A stretch of DNA of 64,000 nucleotides from a virus (lineage: Duplodnaviria; Caudoviricetes). The stretch spans positions 32,001 through 96,000 of the IMG/VR virus record IMGVR_UViG_2934470325_000001; one strand, given 5' to 3'. The notes beneath the pieces were generated by a model. That model saw nothing but the letters and a program-made list of their open reading frames with translations. It had not been told where the DNA came from and did no database searches. Each line of letters opens with the position of its first letter. Positions within the stretch are counted from its first letter, which is position 1. Positions 16,942 through 26,561 of the stretch are shown in pieces. The translations under genes and the position numbers were made by a program.

Positions 16942-18138
16942 CTAGAGCGGAACTTCGACGGTCGCGCCACGACGGGCGAGCTGCCGGAGAATGTCGCGCT
17001 GCACAGCGGCAGCAGGGTTGAGCATCTGCGCGGAGCCGACGCCGATGACCGGCCGGATCGTCTCCCCGTCATCAGGGCTGGCCTCGATCTCGACCGCACT
17101 GATCACGTCGGGCACGTCCGGTAGGCCCGGATACGCCTCCACCGCCACCAGGTCGCCGAGCTGGTAGTTGACGCCGTACCGCTGGCCGTCGATGTCGGCG
17201 GCCACCACGGCGAGGCGTTGCACCTCAGCCGACCCGGCCAGCTCGTCATCGACGGCGGCCTCAAGCTCGGTCAAGTTGTCAGAGCCGGCCGCGTCTACGA
17301 ACGTTTCAAGCCGCCACCAGTCGCCCGGGTCGCCGCGTTCGACGATGATCCGGTTGACTCCGGCGTCTTTGCCGCCGCCGATGCCGACCGTCGCCGACGG
17401 CGCTTCCGGCTCATGTTTGATCGACAGGAGGTTGCCCATGCTGCGGGAGAACCAGATCCCGCCGGTCTTGTCCTCGGGGCCGTACACCTGGAACTCGATG
17501 GTCTGACCGACCTGCTGGGTGCGGAACCCGACCCTGCCACCGGCCAAGTTGACGATGCCACGCAGGTCGTCGGTCACCGGGGCGAACCGCGTCGACCACG
17601 ACACTGCCGCTCCGCCGAGCCCCGCCGGATCACCGAGAACCAGTTGCGGTATCCGCCTCGCAGGCAGCGCACCCGGCCCCGCGTTGAAGTTGACCAGGGC
17701 GCGCATCAGGTTCTCTGCTGTGTCCGTTGCGGTCCACTTGGCGACGTCCTGCGCGGTCGCTGCGAGCGCCGGATTGGGGTAGGACAGCCGTCCGGCGATC
17801 AGCGCCAGGTCGTCGGCGAACCTCACCGTCAGGTCGCCGTAGCCGTCGTCGCCGTGTGTGGCCGCCGACCAGTCCAGCGCCCCCGCGTACTCGATTGGTC
17901 CGGCCAGCAGGATGACCCCGTTGCGTTCGACGACCGCCCGAGCCTTGGGTGTGCGAACCGCCGTAACCACGTCCGGGTACGCGGGCACCGTGAACTCGCC
18001 GGAGCTGACCTCGTTGAACCGGAGCGTGACTGACAGGGACGTCCAGTCGTCTACCTGCTGCGAGATGACGTTGAGGTTGTGGTCGGTGATCCAGATGACG
18101 TACTCAGCAGGGGTAGGTGCGGGGCCGTGAACGCCCAC
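16942..18138 (-). CDS. Siphovirus Gp37-like minor tail (hub) protein
   Basis: LRFNEVSSGEFT, RLETFVDA, YGVNYQLGDLV motifs; follows Dit. Confidence 0.8.
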   Translation of the reverse strand: MGVHGPAPTPAEYVIWITDHNLNVISQQVDDWTSLSVTLRFNEVSSGEFTVPAYPDVVTAVRTPKARAVVERNGVILLAGPIEYAGALDWSAATHGDDGYGDLTVRFADDLALIAGRLSYPNPALAATAQDVAKWTATDTAENLMRALVNFNAGPGALPARRIPQLVLGDPAGLGGAAVSWSTRFAPVTDDLRGIVNLAGGRVGFRTQQVGQTIEFQVYGPEDKTGGIWFSRSMGNLLSIKHEPEAPSATVGIGGGKDAGVNRIIVERGDPGDWWRLETFVDAAGSDNLTELEAAVDDELAGSAEVQRLAVVAADIDGQRYGVNYQLGDLVAVEAYPGLPDVPDVISAVEIEASPDDGETIRPVIGVGSAQMLNPAAAVQRDILRQLARRGATVEVPL

Positions 18139-18148
18139 AAGCCACCCC

Positions 18149-19096
18149 CTACGCGGTGTTGTAGTGGGGGTAGAACTCGACGGTGATCGTGGTCCCCGGC
18201 CCCGAGCCGGCCACCGTGAACGTCAAGTCGTTGACGCCCGGCCTCAACCGCCACAACGTCGAACCCGGCCGTTGCAGCGCGCCGCCGAGCATCTCCCCGG
18301 ACGGGCCGAGAACTCGCCCCGGGTCGGTGGTGATGGTGATCGTCTGCCCGGACCCCAGCGCGTAGTTGATGGTGAACTGCTGGCCAAGGGTGTTGTTGGT
18401 TGCCACCAGTTGCGTAGCTGGCCCCGTCAACGTCCAGGTAGGCCACGCGGCAACCTTGCCCGGGTTGGTCATCTCGGTTGCGCCGAGCACGTCGCCGGAG
18501 CTGATGTTGGGGAACGGGTTGAGGTAGTCGACGGTTTCCCCGTAGGCGCGGGACAGGGTGATGGGCTGCGAGTCCCGCCACAACCCATCAGGGCAGAACA
18601 GCGACAGGACCGGGGAGTCCTCCGTCTGCCCCTGCCCGGGTTCGCCTTCCCACCCGGACTGGTAGTAGGCGATCACCTCACGGGCGGTGCCGTCCGGGCG
18701 GACCAGGCGGAACAGTCCCGGCCCGTCCCACATGGTCAGGGCGAACGACTCCGCTAAATCCCGCCACCTCCGTAGGAATTCGAGGTGTGTGCGGCCTCTG
18801 ATTCGCACCGGCCACGTCAGGTTGCGGGCCTGCCGGCGCACCCCCGTCACCTGGACCCCACCACGTGCGGCAGGACGCGACTGGATAGCGATGGGGGTGA
18901 GCCCGTAGCCGGTGACCGCGTTCAACGTGAACAGGTCCCGGCCGGGCGGGTTGAGAGGCCACTCCACCCCTGCCGGGTCGATCCACAACGGCACATACTC
19001 GCCCGGATCAAACCGGGGCAACGGAACCGGTAGCGGCCTCGGCGGGGGCGGCTCAACGGGTGGTGTGGTGGGGGCAGCCCCAATGATCAGCGGCAC
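18149..19096 (-). CDS. Distal tail (Dit-like) protein
   Basis: Directly after tape measure; NPGKVAAWPTWTLTGP, LWRLRPGVN motifs. Confidence 0.8.
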   Translation of the reverse strand: MPLIIGAAPTTPPVEPPPPRPLPVPLPRFDPGEYVPLWIDPAGVEWPLNPPGRDLFTLNAVTGYGLTPIAIQSRPAARGGVQVTGVRRQARNLTWPVRIRGRTHLEFLRRWRDLAESFALTMWDGPGLFRLVRPDGTAREVIAYYQSGWEGEPGQGQTEDSPVLSLFCPDGLWRDSQPITLSRAYGETVDYLNPFPNISSGDVLGATEMTNPGKVAAWPTWTLTGPATQLVATNNTLGQQFTINYALGSGQTITITTDPGRVLGPSGEMLGGALQRPGSTLWRLRPGVNDLTFTVAGSGPGTTITVEFYPHYNTA

Positions 19097-19117
19097 CAGC
19101 CACCCCCAACCACCTGA

Positions 19118-22100
19118 TTAGCCCTTGCGTCCGACGCGGGCGCGGGCATCCATCTGCCGCTGGAGTGCCGACATCTCCGACAGAGACGGCGGACCGCCCT
19201 GCGAGTTGACGGTCAGGTTGTTGGTGACCTGCGTCGACACACCCGACCCTTGGCCGCCGCGCACGAACCGGCCGCCGTACCAGCCTGCGCCGATGGACAG
19301 CAGATCCTCACCCCGCCGCCGGCTACCGAGACGTGGCAGGAACAGCTCACCGCCCGTCTCCGGCTCGGCGAACCCGTACAGGGTCTTGGCGCTGTCGAAC
19401 AGGCCGCCCTCCGACAGGCTGAGCAGCCCCGATGGGGAACCCATGTACACGCCGCCGACCGCGTTCGGGGTGAGCACGATCTTCCCGTACTGCTTGAGCA
19501 GCGAATCGATCTGCGACTTCGACATGCCCGACCCCGACAGGATCGTCCGTAGCTGGGCCACGTACGAGTCGTAGACGCCGGTCGCCTTCTTCTTGTCGCC
19601 GGTCTGCTCCAACACGGCCTGCGCCGCATCTTGCGCATCCTTCAAGAAGCGGAACAGGGCGGTCAAGTTCTCCCTGCCTGTTTCGTCCTTCACATCGAAG
19701 ATCGGCTTGTTCAAGCTGAACAGGTCCGTGATCGACGCCAAAGACCCCTCGGCGGAGATCGCCGCCTGCGCGGCAGCGATGTTCTTCTCCGACCCCACCG
19801 GACCCGGCGTGTCATAGGTTGGCCGGGCTGCCAGCTTCTTCATCAGCGAATCGATGGTCGAAGCCGACACCTTCTGCTGCTTGAGCGTCGCCCGCAGCTT
19901 CGCGATGTGGGCGTCGTACTCCTTGTTCGCCGCCTTCACCGACCCGGTCTCGCGGAACTTCGCCTGCGCGGCCTCCTCGGCAGCCTTCACCGACGAGATG
20001 ACGGCGCTGTAGTTCTCCCGGCCCTTCTTCGTCGACAGGGAGAAGCTGCGGCCGTTCTCCTTGAGGCTTTCGTTCAACCTCTGGATGGCGTCCCGGGCCT
20101 GGATGTACGCCTCCACCGACTCCAGCGGGCTACCCCGATCCGTGGACGTGGCAGACGCCGACGCGCCGTAGGCAACCAGCCCCGACGCCGCCGCAACCAT
20201 GCTGCCCCCGGCGATCACACCACCAGCAGCCATCGGCACCACCCGCGCGTTGTTCCACGACGCCGCCTCAGCCAGAATAGACAGGCTCCGGTTCCGGTCC
20301 CCCTTTCGGGGAATGTACGCCTCCCCGCCCGTCTCCGGCTCCGCGAACTTCACCAGCGGCGGGTTCGACGCCGGATAGATGCCGGCCTCCAACGTGCCAC
20401 CGGCAGCCATCGGAATCGGCCGGTCGATGCCACCCCACCGCTTGAGCTGCGTGCCACCCGGCACTTTCAGGTTGCCGCTGCTCGTCCACCGAACCTGCCC
20501 GGTGATCGTGAAATGCCGGTCCCGGAACGAGTTCAGCACAGCTTTCGCGGCACGCATGTCCGCCATCGCCTGCGCCGTTTTCGCCCCGATCAACACGACC
20601 TTGCCGTTCGGCAACTGGCGGATCTGGTAGAGCACCCCGCCGACCTGGCTGGCGGCGTTCGTCGCACCAGGGGCAGTCACCGGCGTGGTGACCGCAGGCG
20701 GCATCATCCCGTACCGTTCGATCAGTGCGTCGATCTGCTCGTCGGTGAGCTTCGCCCCGTGCAGGGTCTTTCGCAGCGCCTCAATGTACTTGTCGTACAC
20801 CCCGGCGGCCTGCTCCACCGACCCCGTTTCCTCGTACTTCTTCTGCGCAGCTTCCGCGCCGGCCTGAATGAGATCGAGGGTGAGTTGCTTGTTTTCCCGG
20901 CCCTTCTCGTTGGCGATGTCGAAGTCGGTGCCCTGCTTGTTGAGGGCCCGCCCGTTCTCCTTCAACGCCTCCGATAGCCGGTCGATGCTCTCCTCAGCTT
21001 TGATCTCCGCCTCAGCGGAGCCAATCGCCGCCCCGTTCAGCTCGTTGAACACGTCGATCAGGTCACGGCCCGATGTGACCGCGCCCTGCAAGCCCTCGCC
21101 GAGGGTCTTCGCCCGAGCCTCCAACGCAGCCAGCGACCCGGCACCGCTGTTCGCGGCCCCGTTCAGCCGCTCCATCTGGCCGACGGTCTGCGGCATGATC
21201 TTCGCAAGCTCACCCGCGTCCAGCCCCGAAGCCGACAAGATCCGATTCCAGGCGGCGTTGACACCCGCCGTGTTGTTGGTTGTCTTCGCATACTGGGCGA
21301 CCGCCGAATCCAGGGCTTGAATGCGCTCCTTACCGCCGGTGAAACTGTCCCCGTAGATCAGCTCATTCAGGGACTTCGCTGGTGGCAACAGCGACTCGAT
21401 CGACCGGCCCAAGTTCGGGAACCACTTGTCACCTGCCGTCTCAGCCGACAGGTTGAGCCCCTCCAGGCTGTCGCCGAACACCCGGGTTAGTTCACCTGTC
21501 GCCCGGCCAGTCTCGGCGAACTCCTGAACCGACTTGGTGAGCCGGTCCACGTCGGCGATCGGGTCTACGAACTGGTCGAGCACCGCACCGGCGAGCTGCA
21601 ACGCGATGAGCGCCGTCACAGCCTTGTTGGCTGCTGACGCGAACCCGGTCATTCCCTTAGCCGCCAACGTTCCGGCGGGACCCATCGCTGCAACCTTCAC
21701 CGCAGCGCCTTGGGCCGCAATACCTAGGGTGGCGACTGCGCCGCTGGTCTTCTTCGCTACCGCACCCAGCGCGAGCGCAGCGATGACGAACGACTGGAAC
21801 TCGTCACCGAGCGCGTTGAACAGGTCGAACACCACGCGCAGCGCGGCGGAGCCAGTGGCGAGGATGTCGAACATGGTGGCGAGGCCCTCGCGGGTGCCCG
21901 GATCCGCGAGCGCGTCGCGGGCGACACCGGCGAGGGGCCCCAGCACTTCCGCCATGCCCTCGTAGGCGGTGGTCAGGGTGTCGACGATGCCGGCGATGTC
22001 CTCCGCGCCCTGCCCTGACGCCATGTAGGCGTCGAGGGCCCGCGCCGTCCCGACGATCGCGCTGTTCTGGTTGTTGACGGCGCTGATGACGTTGCCGATG

Positions 22101-23347
22101 ATCGACGCCAAATCCCCGGTGATCGACAGCAGCGCGCTCGCCGACTCGGCACCCGCCGCGAAGAACTCAGCGAGGTCGCCGGTGGAGCGGGCACGAGCGA
22201 TGCCGGCGGTCATCGAGTCGATGGCACCCGCAAGCCGATCGCCGATGACCCGCACCAGCGGATCGGCGGCGACAGCAACCGACGACAGCGCCCGCGCCAC
22301 CGGCTGGATCCGCACCACCAGTTGGTCGAAGATCCGATCGGCGGTGGCGGTGACCTGCTGGAATCCGCCGAGGATCATCGGGTCGGTGGCGGCGTCGGTG
22401 ATCGCCGTCATCGCGAGCGACCAGTCGTGGGCGAGGATCTGCGCCTGACGGCTCACCGCCGGCAGCGTGTCGGTGGCGAGCCGGTCCAGGTTCCCTGCCG
22501 CCGACGCGTACGCCGCATCCTGGAGTGACTGCTGCAATCCGACCAGTTGCGGCTTGAGCCGGCCAACCTCCTGCACGAGGGCTTTCGCCGACGGGCTGAG
22601 CTGGGTAAACGGGTCGTCGACTTCGAACATGTCGTCGAGGGCGTCACTCAACCCGATGGAGGCCACCTTGACGGTGCCCATTGCGGCAGCGGCCCCACCG
22701 AGGATCCCCGGCAGGGTCCCGGCAGCAGCACCAGCAGCCACGGCAGCCGGGGCAATGTACTGGATTGCGCCACCCGCAGCCGCAGCGGCAGACGTTGTGA
22801 TCGTCAGCACCGTGCCTGCGCGCTTACCCAGCTCACTGAGGGCGTTACCGGCTTTGTCGGCGTCGCGGGCTACCTTCTCGACCCCGCCGCCGAACGACAC
22901 CGTGCCCAGCCGGCCAGCGGCAGCCTCGTGGGTGCGGGCGGCTTTAGCGAACTGCTCCGCCGACGCAACCCACCGGGCGGTGCCGGCCTCGTACCGCTTA
23001 GATGCCCGGTCGTGGCGGCCCGCCGACTGCTGCGCCGTCTTCGACGCAGCAGCCAGCTTGTCGGCTGCCTCGCCGGCCCGGCCCGCGTGCTGTTCCCACA
23101 GCGTCGTCGTCGACGCGAAACGCTGCGACGAACCTTCGTACATGGTTGCTGCGGCGTCGAACTTTTTGGCGGCGGCGGTGACCTTCCGGCCTGCCGCGTC
23201 GAGGTTCTTGCCGACCCCGGCCGCTTCCCGCTCTAGGCGGGCGAGCTGGTCGGCGAGCCGGTTGGTTGCCCTTGCTGCCTGCGCCGCACCTGAGGTGTAG
23301 TCGTGCACCTGCATGCGGAGACGCACCGACACAGTCCGGTCGGCCAT
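19118..23347 (-). CDS. Tape measure protein
   Basis: 1409 aa, Ala-rich helical, begins MADRTVSVRLR, follows tail chaperones; FAEPETGGEAYIP motif. Confidence 0.92.
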   Translation of the reverse strand: MADRTVSVRLRMQVHDYTSGAAQAARATNRLADQLARLEREAAGVGKNLDAAGRKVTAAAKKFDAAATMYEGSSQRFASTTTLWEQHAGRAGEAADKLAAASKTAQQSAGRHDRASKRYEAGTARWVASAEQFAKAARTHEAAAGRLGTVSFGGGVEKVARDADKAGNALSELGKRAGTVLTITTSAAAAAGGAIQYIAPAAVAAGAAAGTLPGILGGAAAAMGTVKVASIGLSDALDDMFEVDDPFTQLSPSAKALVQEVGRLKPQLVGLQQSLQDAAYASAAGNLDRLATDTLPAVSRQAQILAHDWSLAMTAITDAATDPMILGGFQQVTATADRIFDQLVVRIQPVARALSSVAVAADPLVRVIGDRLAGAIDSMTAGIARARSTGDLAEFFAAGAESASALLSITGDLASIIGNVISAVNNQNSAIVGTARALDAYMASGQGAEDIAGIVDTLTTAYEGMAEVLGPLAGVARDALADPGTREGLATMFDILATGSAALRVVFDLFNALGDEFQSFVIAALALGAVAKKTSGAVATLGIAAQGAAVKVAAMGPAGTLAAKGMTGFASAANKAVTALIALQLAGAVLDQFVDPIADVDRLTKSVQEFAETGRATGELTRVFGDSLEGLNLSAETAGDKWFPNLGRSIESLLPPAKSLNELIYGDSFTGGKERIQALDSAVAQYAKTTNNTAGVNAAWNRILSASGLDAGELAKIMPQTVGQMERLNGAANSGAGSLAALEARAKTLGEGLQGAVTSGRDLIDVFNELNGAAIGSAEAEIKAEESIDRLSEALKENGRALNKQGTDFDIANEKGRENKQLTLDLIQAGAEAAQKKYEETGSVEQAAGVYDKYIEALRKTLHGAKLTDEQIDALIERYGMMPPAVTTPVTAPGATNAASQVGGVLYQIRQLPNGKVVLIGAKTAQAMADMRAAKAVLNSFRDRHFTITGQVRWTSSGNLKVPGGTQLKRWGGIDRPIPMAAGGTLEAGIYPASNPPLVKFAEPETGGEAYIPRKGDRNRSLSILAEAASWNNARVVPMAAGGVIAGGSMVAAASGLVAYGASASATSTDRGSPLESVEAYIQARDAIQRLNESLKENGRSFSLSTKKGRENYSAVISSVKAAEEAAQAKFRETGSVKAANKEYDAHIAKLRATLKQQKVSASTIDSLMKKLAARPTYDTPGPVGSEKNIAAAQAAISAEGSLASITDLFSLNKPIFDVKDETGRENLTALFRFLKDAQDAAQAVLEQTGDKKKATGVYDSYVAQLRTILSGSGMSKSQIDSLLKQYGKIVLTPNAVGGVYMGSPSGLLSLSEGGLFDSAKTLYGFAEPETGGELFLPRLGSRRRGEDLLSIGAGWYGGRFVRGGQGSGVSTQVTNNLTVNSQGGPPSLSEMSALQRQMDARARVGRKG

Positions 23348-23817
23348 TATCGCCCCTTCCGTCTGCGTCGGGGCGGCTTAGCGACACGCACAACCGTGTG
23401 GATCATGTAGGGGGCCTGGTCAGGGTCGTTCTTCGACCACTTCTCTTCGCTGCGCACCAACGCCTTGCAGCTAAAACACTCGGTGGGGTCCTCGGCCACG
23501 TACTGGCTGGTGGCGTCAGGGTTGTCCGGGTCGTTGTCCGGGTCCGTGCACTCGGCGAGGGGCTGCCCGCACTTGCGACACAACGTGCCCTCGTACAGAT
23601 CGAGGGCGAGCATCCACGCCCGCTCCCGGCTATCCCACTCCACCTCGCGGGACGTCACCCACCGAGAAGGACGGCCCTGCTCATCCCACGCCGTGACCTG
23701 TGTAGCCTCGCGGGGCTCCCACCCGTCCAGCCGTTTCAAGCTGACACCGAGACTCCGGGCGACGCTCAGCTTCCGTCGGAGTTCCGGCGATCCGGCGAGC
23801 TGGTCAGCGAGAAAGGG
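23347..23817 (-). CDS. Tail assembly chaperone, -1 frameshift extension (gpT-like part)
   Basis: Frame of ORF 23347..23739 stays open up to the slippery site; no RBS-led ATG of its own. Confidence 0.75.
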   Translation of the reverse strand, partial: PFLADQLAGSPELRRKLSVARSLGVSLKRLDGWEPREATQVTAWDEQGRPSRWVTSREVEWDSRERAWMLALDLYEGTLCRKCGQPLAECTDPDNDPDNPDATSQYVAEDPTECFSCKALVRSEEKWSKNDPDQAPYMIHTVVRVAKPPRRRRKGR

Positions 23818-24329
23818 ATGTCATCATCCGCCCGGTTGAGGTTCCAGGCGGCCGTGGCCAGCTTGTCGAACTGGGCGTCGGAGATGCGGTCGTACAGCTT
23901 GGCCCACCGGTTGCCCGACAGTTCCGGCGACACGATCGACGCCCTCACCAGTTCCGGGAAGAACGTCGTCGAGTTGACGCCGAGTCCGTCTCGCGGGTCC
24001 CGCTTCCCGGTCTGACGGTCGGTGCGCGGCGAGTGGTCGGCGAACAGCTTCGTCCACTCCGGTCGGGGCAGCGCCCGCAGCGTGAACTCCACCGTGTGCC
24101 GGCGCATCTCTTCCGCGAGGCGGTCCAGTTCCGGCTGGTCCGGGTCCGGGGTGGGGCCCCGCGATGCGAGCCGGTCATCACCGGGAAGCCCGCCAGCCTC
24201 GGCCTGCGCGGAGCGCTCGTCGATCGCAGTCTTGAGCCGCTCGTACTCGGCGCGCAGCCGTCCGTTGAGGCATAGCGGCACGGTGGTTTCGGCGAGGGTC
24301 GCCTGATCGAGGATGCTGTCGAAATCCAT
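23766..24329 (-). CDS. Tail assembly chaperone (gpG-like)
   Basis: Between major tail and tape measure; GGGGAG RBS. Confidence 0.85.
   Translation of the reverse strand: MDFDSILDQATLAETTVPLCLNGRLRAEYERLKTAIDERSAQAEAGGLPGDDRLASRGPTPDPDQPELDRLAEEMRRHTVEFTLRALPRPEWTKLFADHSPRTDRQTGKRDPRDGLGVNSTTFFPELVRASIVSPELSGNRWAKLYDRISDAQFDKLATAAWNLNRADDDIPFSLTSSPDRRNSDGS
23811..23817 (-). other. Programmed -1 ribosomal frameshift heptamer C CCT TTC
   Basis: Minus-strand GAC ATC CCT TTC; -1 slip gives PFLADQLAGSPELRRKLSVARSLGVSLKRLDGWE, joining the downstream ORF. Confidence 0.8.
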
Positions 24330-24366
24330 GGTTGGTCGCTCCCCAGCGAATCAGTCGGGTGTGGGA

Positions 24367-24400
24367 GCGGGCCGCACCCGACAGTGGGATGCGGCCCGCG
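24367..24400 (-). terminator. Hairpin after major tail gene
   Basis: GCGGGCCGCA / TGCGGCCCGC inverted repeat. Confidence 0.6.
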
Positions 24401-24422
24401 AAGAAGAAGGGGCGAGCAGGGG

Positions 24423-24929
24423 TTACGGGCCGGCGACGACCGCCACGTCACGCTGCACCGAGCCGATGATGAAAGGCTTCTGCGTGATCTTGTGAACCGA
24501 GTTGCGGGCCGGCGTGTTCTTCCGCTGGATGCCCATCTCCACCGGGTACACGTCCACCAGGTCCCCGACGGCGATCGCGTCCTCGAAGTCCACCGCCCAG
24601 CGCAACACGATGTTGCCCTGGGTGCCCGGCGCGAGGGCGATACGCGCCTCGTCGTCGTCCGGGGACGCCGGGTTGAAGACGTAGGTCAACTCCATCGTGT
24701 CGGTGAAGTCGCCGCGCGCCTCGAAGATCTGCTTGCTGCACAGGCGCGGGTCGTCGATCGTGTTCTCCGACGTCTCCGTGGTCAGGCCGTCGCCGGTCAG
24801 GTAGCAGGACAGGTCGAGGACCGTGCCCGCGTTCAACTCCGTGACCTTCGGCGCGGCGGTGTTGGCGATGGCCGGCACCCACAGCGCCGTCATCGTCCCA
24901 TTTGTGTTGACTGCGATGGGCTGACTCAT
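24423..24929 (-). CDS. Major tail (tube) protein
   Basis: WVPAIANTAAPKVTELNAGTVLDLSCYLT..DPRLCS, typical actinophage tail tube; synteny. Confidence 0.85.
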   Translation of the reverse strand: MSQPIAVNTNGTMTALWVPAIANTAAPKVTELNAGTVLDLSCYLTGDGLTTETSENTIDDPRLCSKQIFEARGDFTDTMELTYVFNPASPDDDEARIALAPGTQGNIVLRWAVDFEDAIAVGDLVDVYPVEMGIQRKNTPARNSVHKITQKPFIIGSVQRDVAVVAGP

Positions 24930-25276
24930 CAGCGCCTACCGCCCTTCGTGCTGGTCGTGGACGTGCTGGGGGCGGTGGTGTCCTCGGTGGCGCTCGCGGT
25001 GTCGGTGCCGGTGGGCGTGTCGCCTCGGCCTTCACCGGCGGTGCCGTCGCCCTTCGGTGCGGCGTCGCTGCCGGCGAGGTCGGTGCGGTACTTCGCCGGT
25101 CGGGCGCGGCGGCCCCAGTTGAGTGGGTAGTCCGGCACGGGGGTCATGCCGTCACGGATCGCGGTCTGCGGCACGTCGTAGCGGTGACCGGTGTCGGCGT
25201 CCTCCACCCAGACGAACGGCACCTTGCCGGTCGTGTCGCGTGGCGTCCGCCGGCCGCCGAGGCGGTCGTCAGCCAT
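24929..25276 (-). CDS. Hypothetical protein preceding major tail
   Basis: GAGAGGA RBS; TGATG coupling. Confidence 0.7.
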   Translation of the reverse strand: MADDRLGGRRTPRDTTGKVPFVWVEDADTGHRYDVPQTAIRDGMTPVPDYPLNWGRRARPAKYRTDLAGSDAAPKGDGTAGEGRGDTPTGTDTASATEDTTAPSTSTTSTKGGRR

Positions 25277-25287
25277 TACTGGTCCTC

Positions 25288-25740
25288 TCAGGTCGTGCTT
25301 CGGTTAGGTGAGCTGTGCAGGGTGAAGAAGACCGGCGCGAAGTAGATGCGCCTGCCATCCGGGCTCTTGACGTTCGGATCGACGGAGGGCGGGCCGGGGA
25401 TGCCGGGCTCCTGCTCGATGTCGCCGCAGCGCCGGCCGGGGATAGTGGGCCGTTTGCGGTGCAGCACCCGCCGGGCGCGGTCGGCAGCACCGAGCACGTC
25501 CATGGGGGTCAGGCCGACACAGGTGATTTGGGTGCGGGTCCACACCTCGCCGCCGTCCCCGGCTATCCGCTCCACCACCGGACTGCCCACCGCACCCCAC
25601 ACCACGTAGTGCGGGAAGGTGAGTTCGGCGTCGGGCACGTTGACGTCGCCCTCATGCACCTGAAAGGCGGTACCGGTACGCAGCATCTCCGCGACGGCCT
25701 GGGCGTGATCGACGGACGGCTCAACCGAAGGGGCAGTCAC
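25288..25740 (-). CDS. Tail terminator-like protein
   Basis: FPHYVVW..TRTQITCVG..AADRARRVL pattern; synteny; GTG 25740. Confidence 0.7.
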   Translation of the reverse strand: MTAPSVEPSVDHAQAVAEMLRTGTAFQVHEGDVNVPDAELTFPHYVVWGAVGSPVVERIAGDGGEVWTRTQITCVGLTPMDVLGAADRARRVLHRKRPTIPGRRCGDIEQEPGIPGPPSVDPNVKSPDGRRIYFAPVFFTLHSSPNRSTT

Positions 25741-25756
25741 CGGCGGCCACCCCCGA

Positions 25757-26122
25757 TCAGTCGAACGGGTCGCCGATCGCCTCACATGCAGCGATGAAGC
25801 CCGGGGTGATGGCGTCGAGCGATGGGCCAACGAACGGCTGAGGGGCCATACGGGACGTGCCGCGCTCTACGAAATGGCTGTACGAAGCCTCCGGCCCCCA
25901 CTCGCCTTCCAGGCCGTCACCACTGAACTCGTGACTGACAGACGACCGCATGAACCCGGTGTCCACCGCCGCAAGGCTCTTGGCTATCGCCTCACCGGCG
26001 AGCGTTGACTTGCGCACCACCTGGGCACCCTTCGGCCCGATGTGTTTCTCGGCGGTGCGGAGCTGCACTTCGATGGTGGTCAGCTCTGCCCATCCGTCAA
26101 CGGAGATGGAGGCCACGGTCAC
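25757..26122 (-). CDS. HK97 gp10-family tail-completion protein
   Basis: AVDTGFMRSS...YSHFVERGTSRMAPQPFVGP signature. Confidence 0.88.
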   Translation of the reverse strand: MTVASISVDGWAELTTIEVQLRTAEKHIGPKGAQVVRKSTLAGEAIAKSLAAVDTGFMRSSVSHEFSGDGLEGEWGPEASYSHFVERGTSRMAPQPFVGPSLDAITPGFIAACEAIGDPFD

Positions 26123-26550
26123 CCCCGCCGGTTGATCGGCTCCTCAACGTCGCAGCCGACATTCCGCTGCCAACTGAGGCCGGAGCGGGGCACATCCACC
26201 ACCCGCAGCCGCACACCGAGCAGAGACGGGTCGCCGTCGCATCCATCGACCACCCACACATCCCGCACATGCGGCACAGGAGTGTCAGCGGGCAGGATCA
26301 GCAGGTAGCCGCCGACCGCCACAATCCGGTCGGCCTGCACGCCCTGCGCCCCGCTGTTCGCGCGTATCCGCGCCCGACCCGAGTAGATGAGCACCGGATT
26401 GGGAAACGTCGTGGTGCCGGTCCCCGGATCGCGGGTACCCGTCTCGGAGGGGCGCAGCAGACGACCGAACACGGTCATCGCCGCCTCAGACACCGGCCGG
26501 TGATGAGACTCGAAGCGTGGATGAATCAGGCGGTGGTTGGGCAGCGGCAT
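26119..26550 (-). CDS. Head-to-tail stopper (DUF6093-like)
   Basis: IYSGRARI, DGDPSLLGVRLRV motifs; synteny. Confidence 0.7.
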   Translation of the reverse strand: MPLPNHRLIHPRFESHHRPVSEAAMTVFGRLLRPSETGTRDPGTGTTTFPNPVLIYSGRARIRANSGAQGVQADRIVAVGGYLLILPADTPVPHVRDVWVVDGCDGDPSLLGVRLRVVDVPRSGLSWQRNVGCDVEEPINRRG

Positions 26551-26561
26551 TCCGGCACCCC

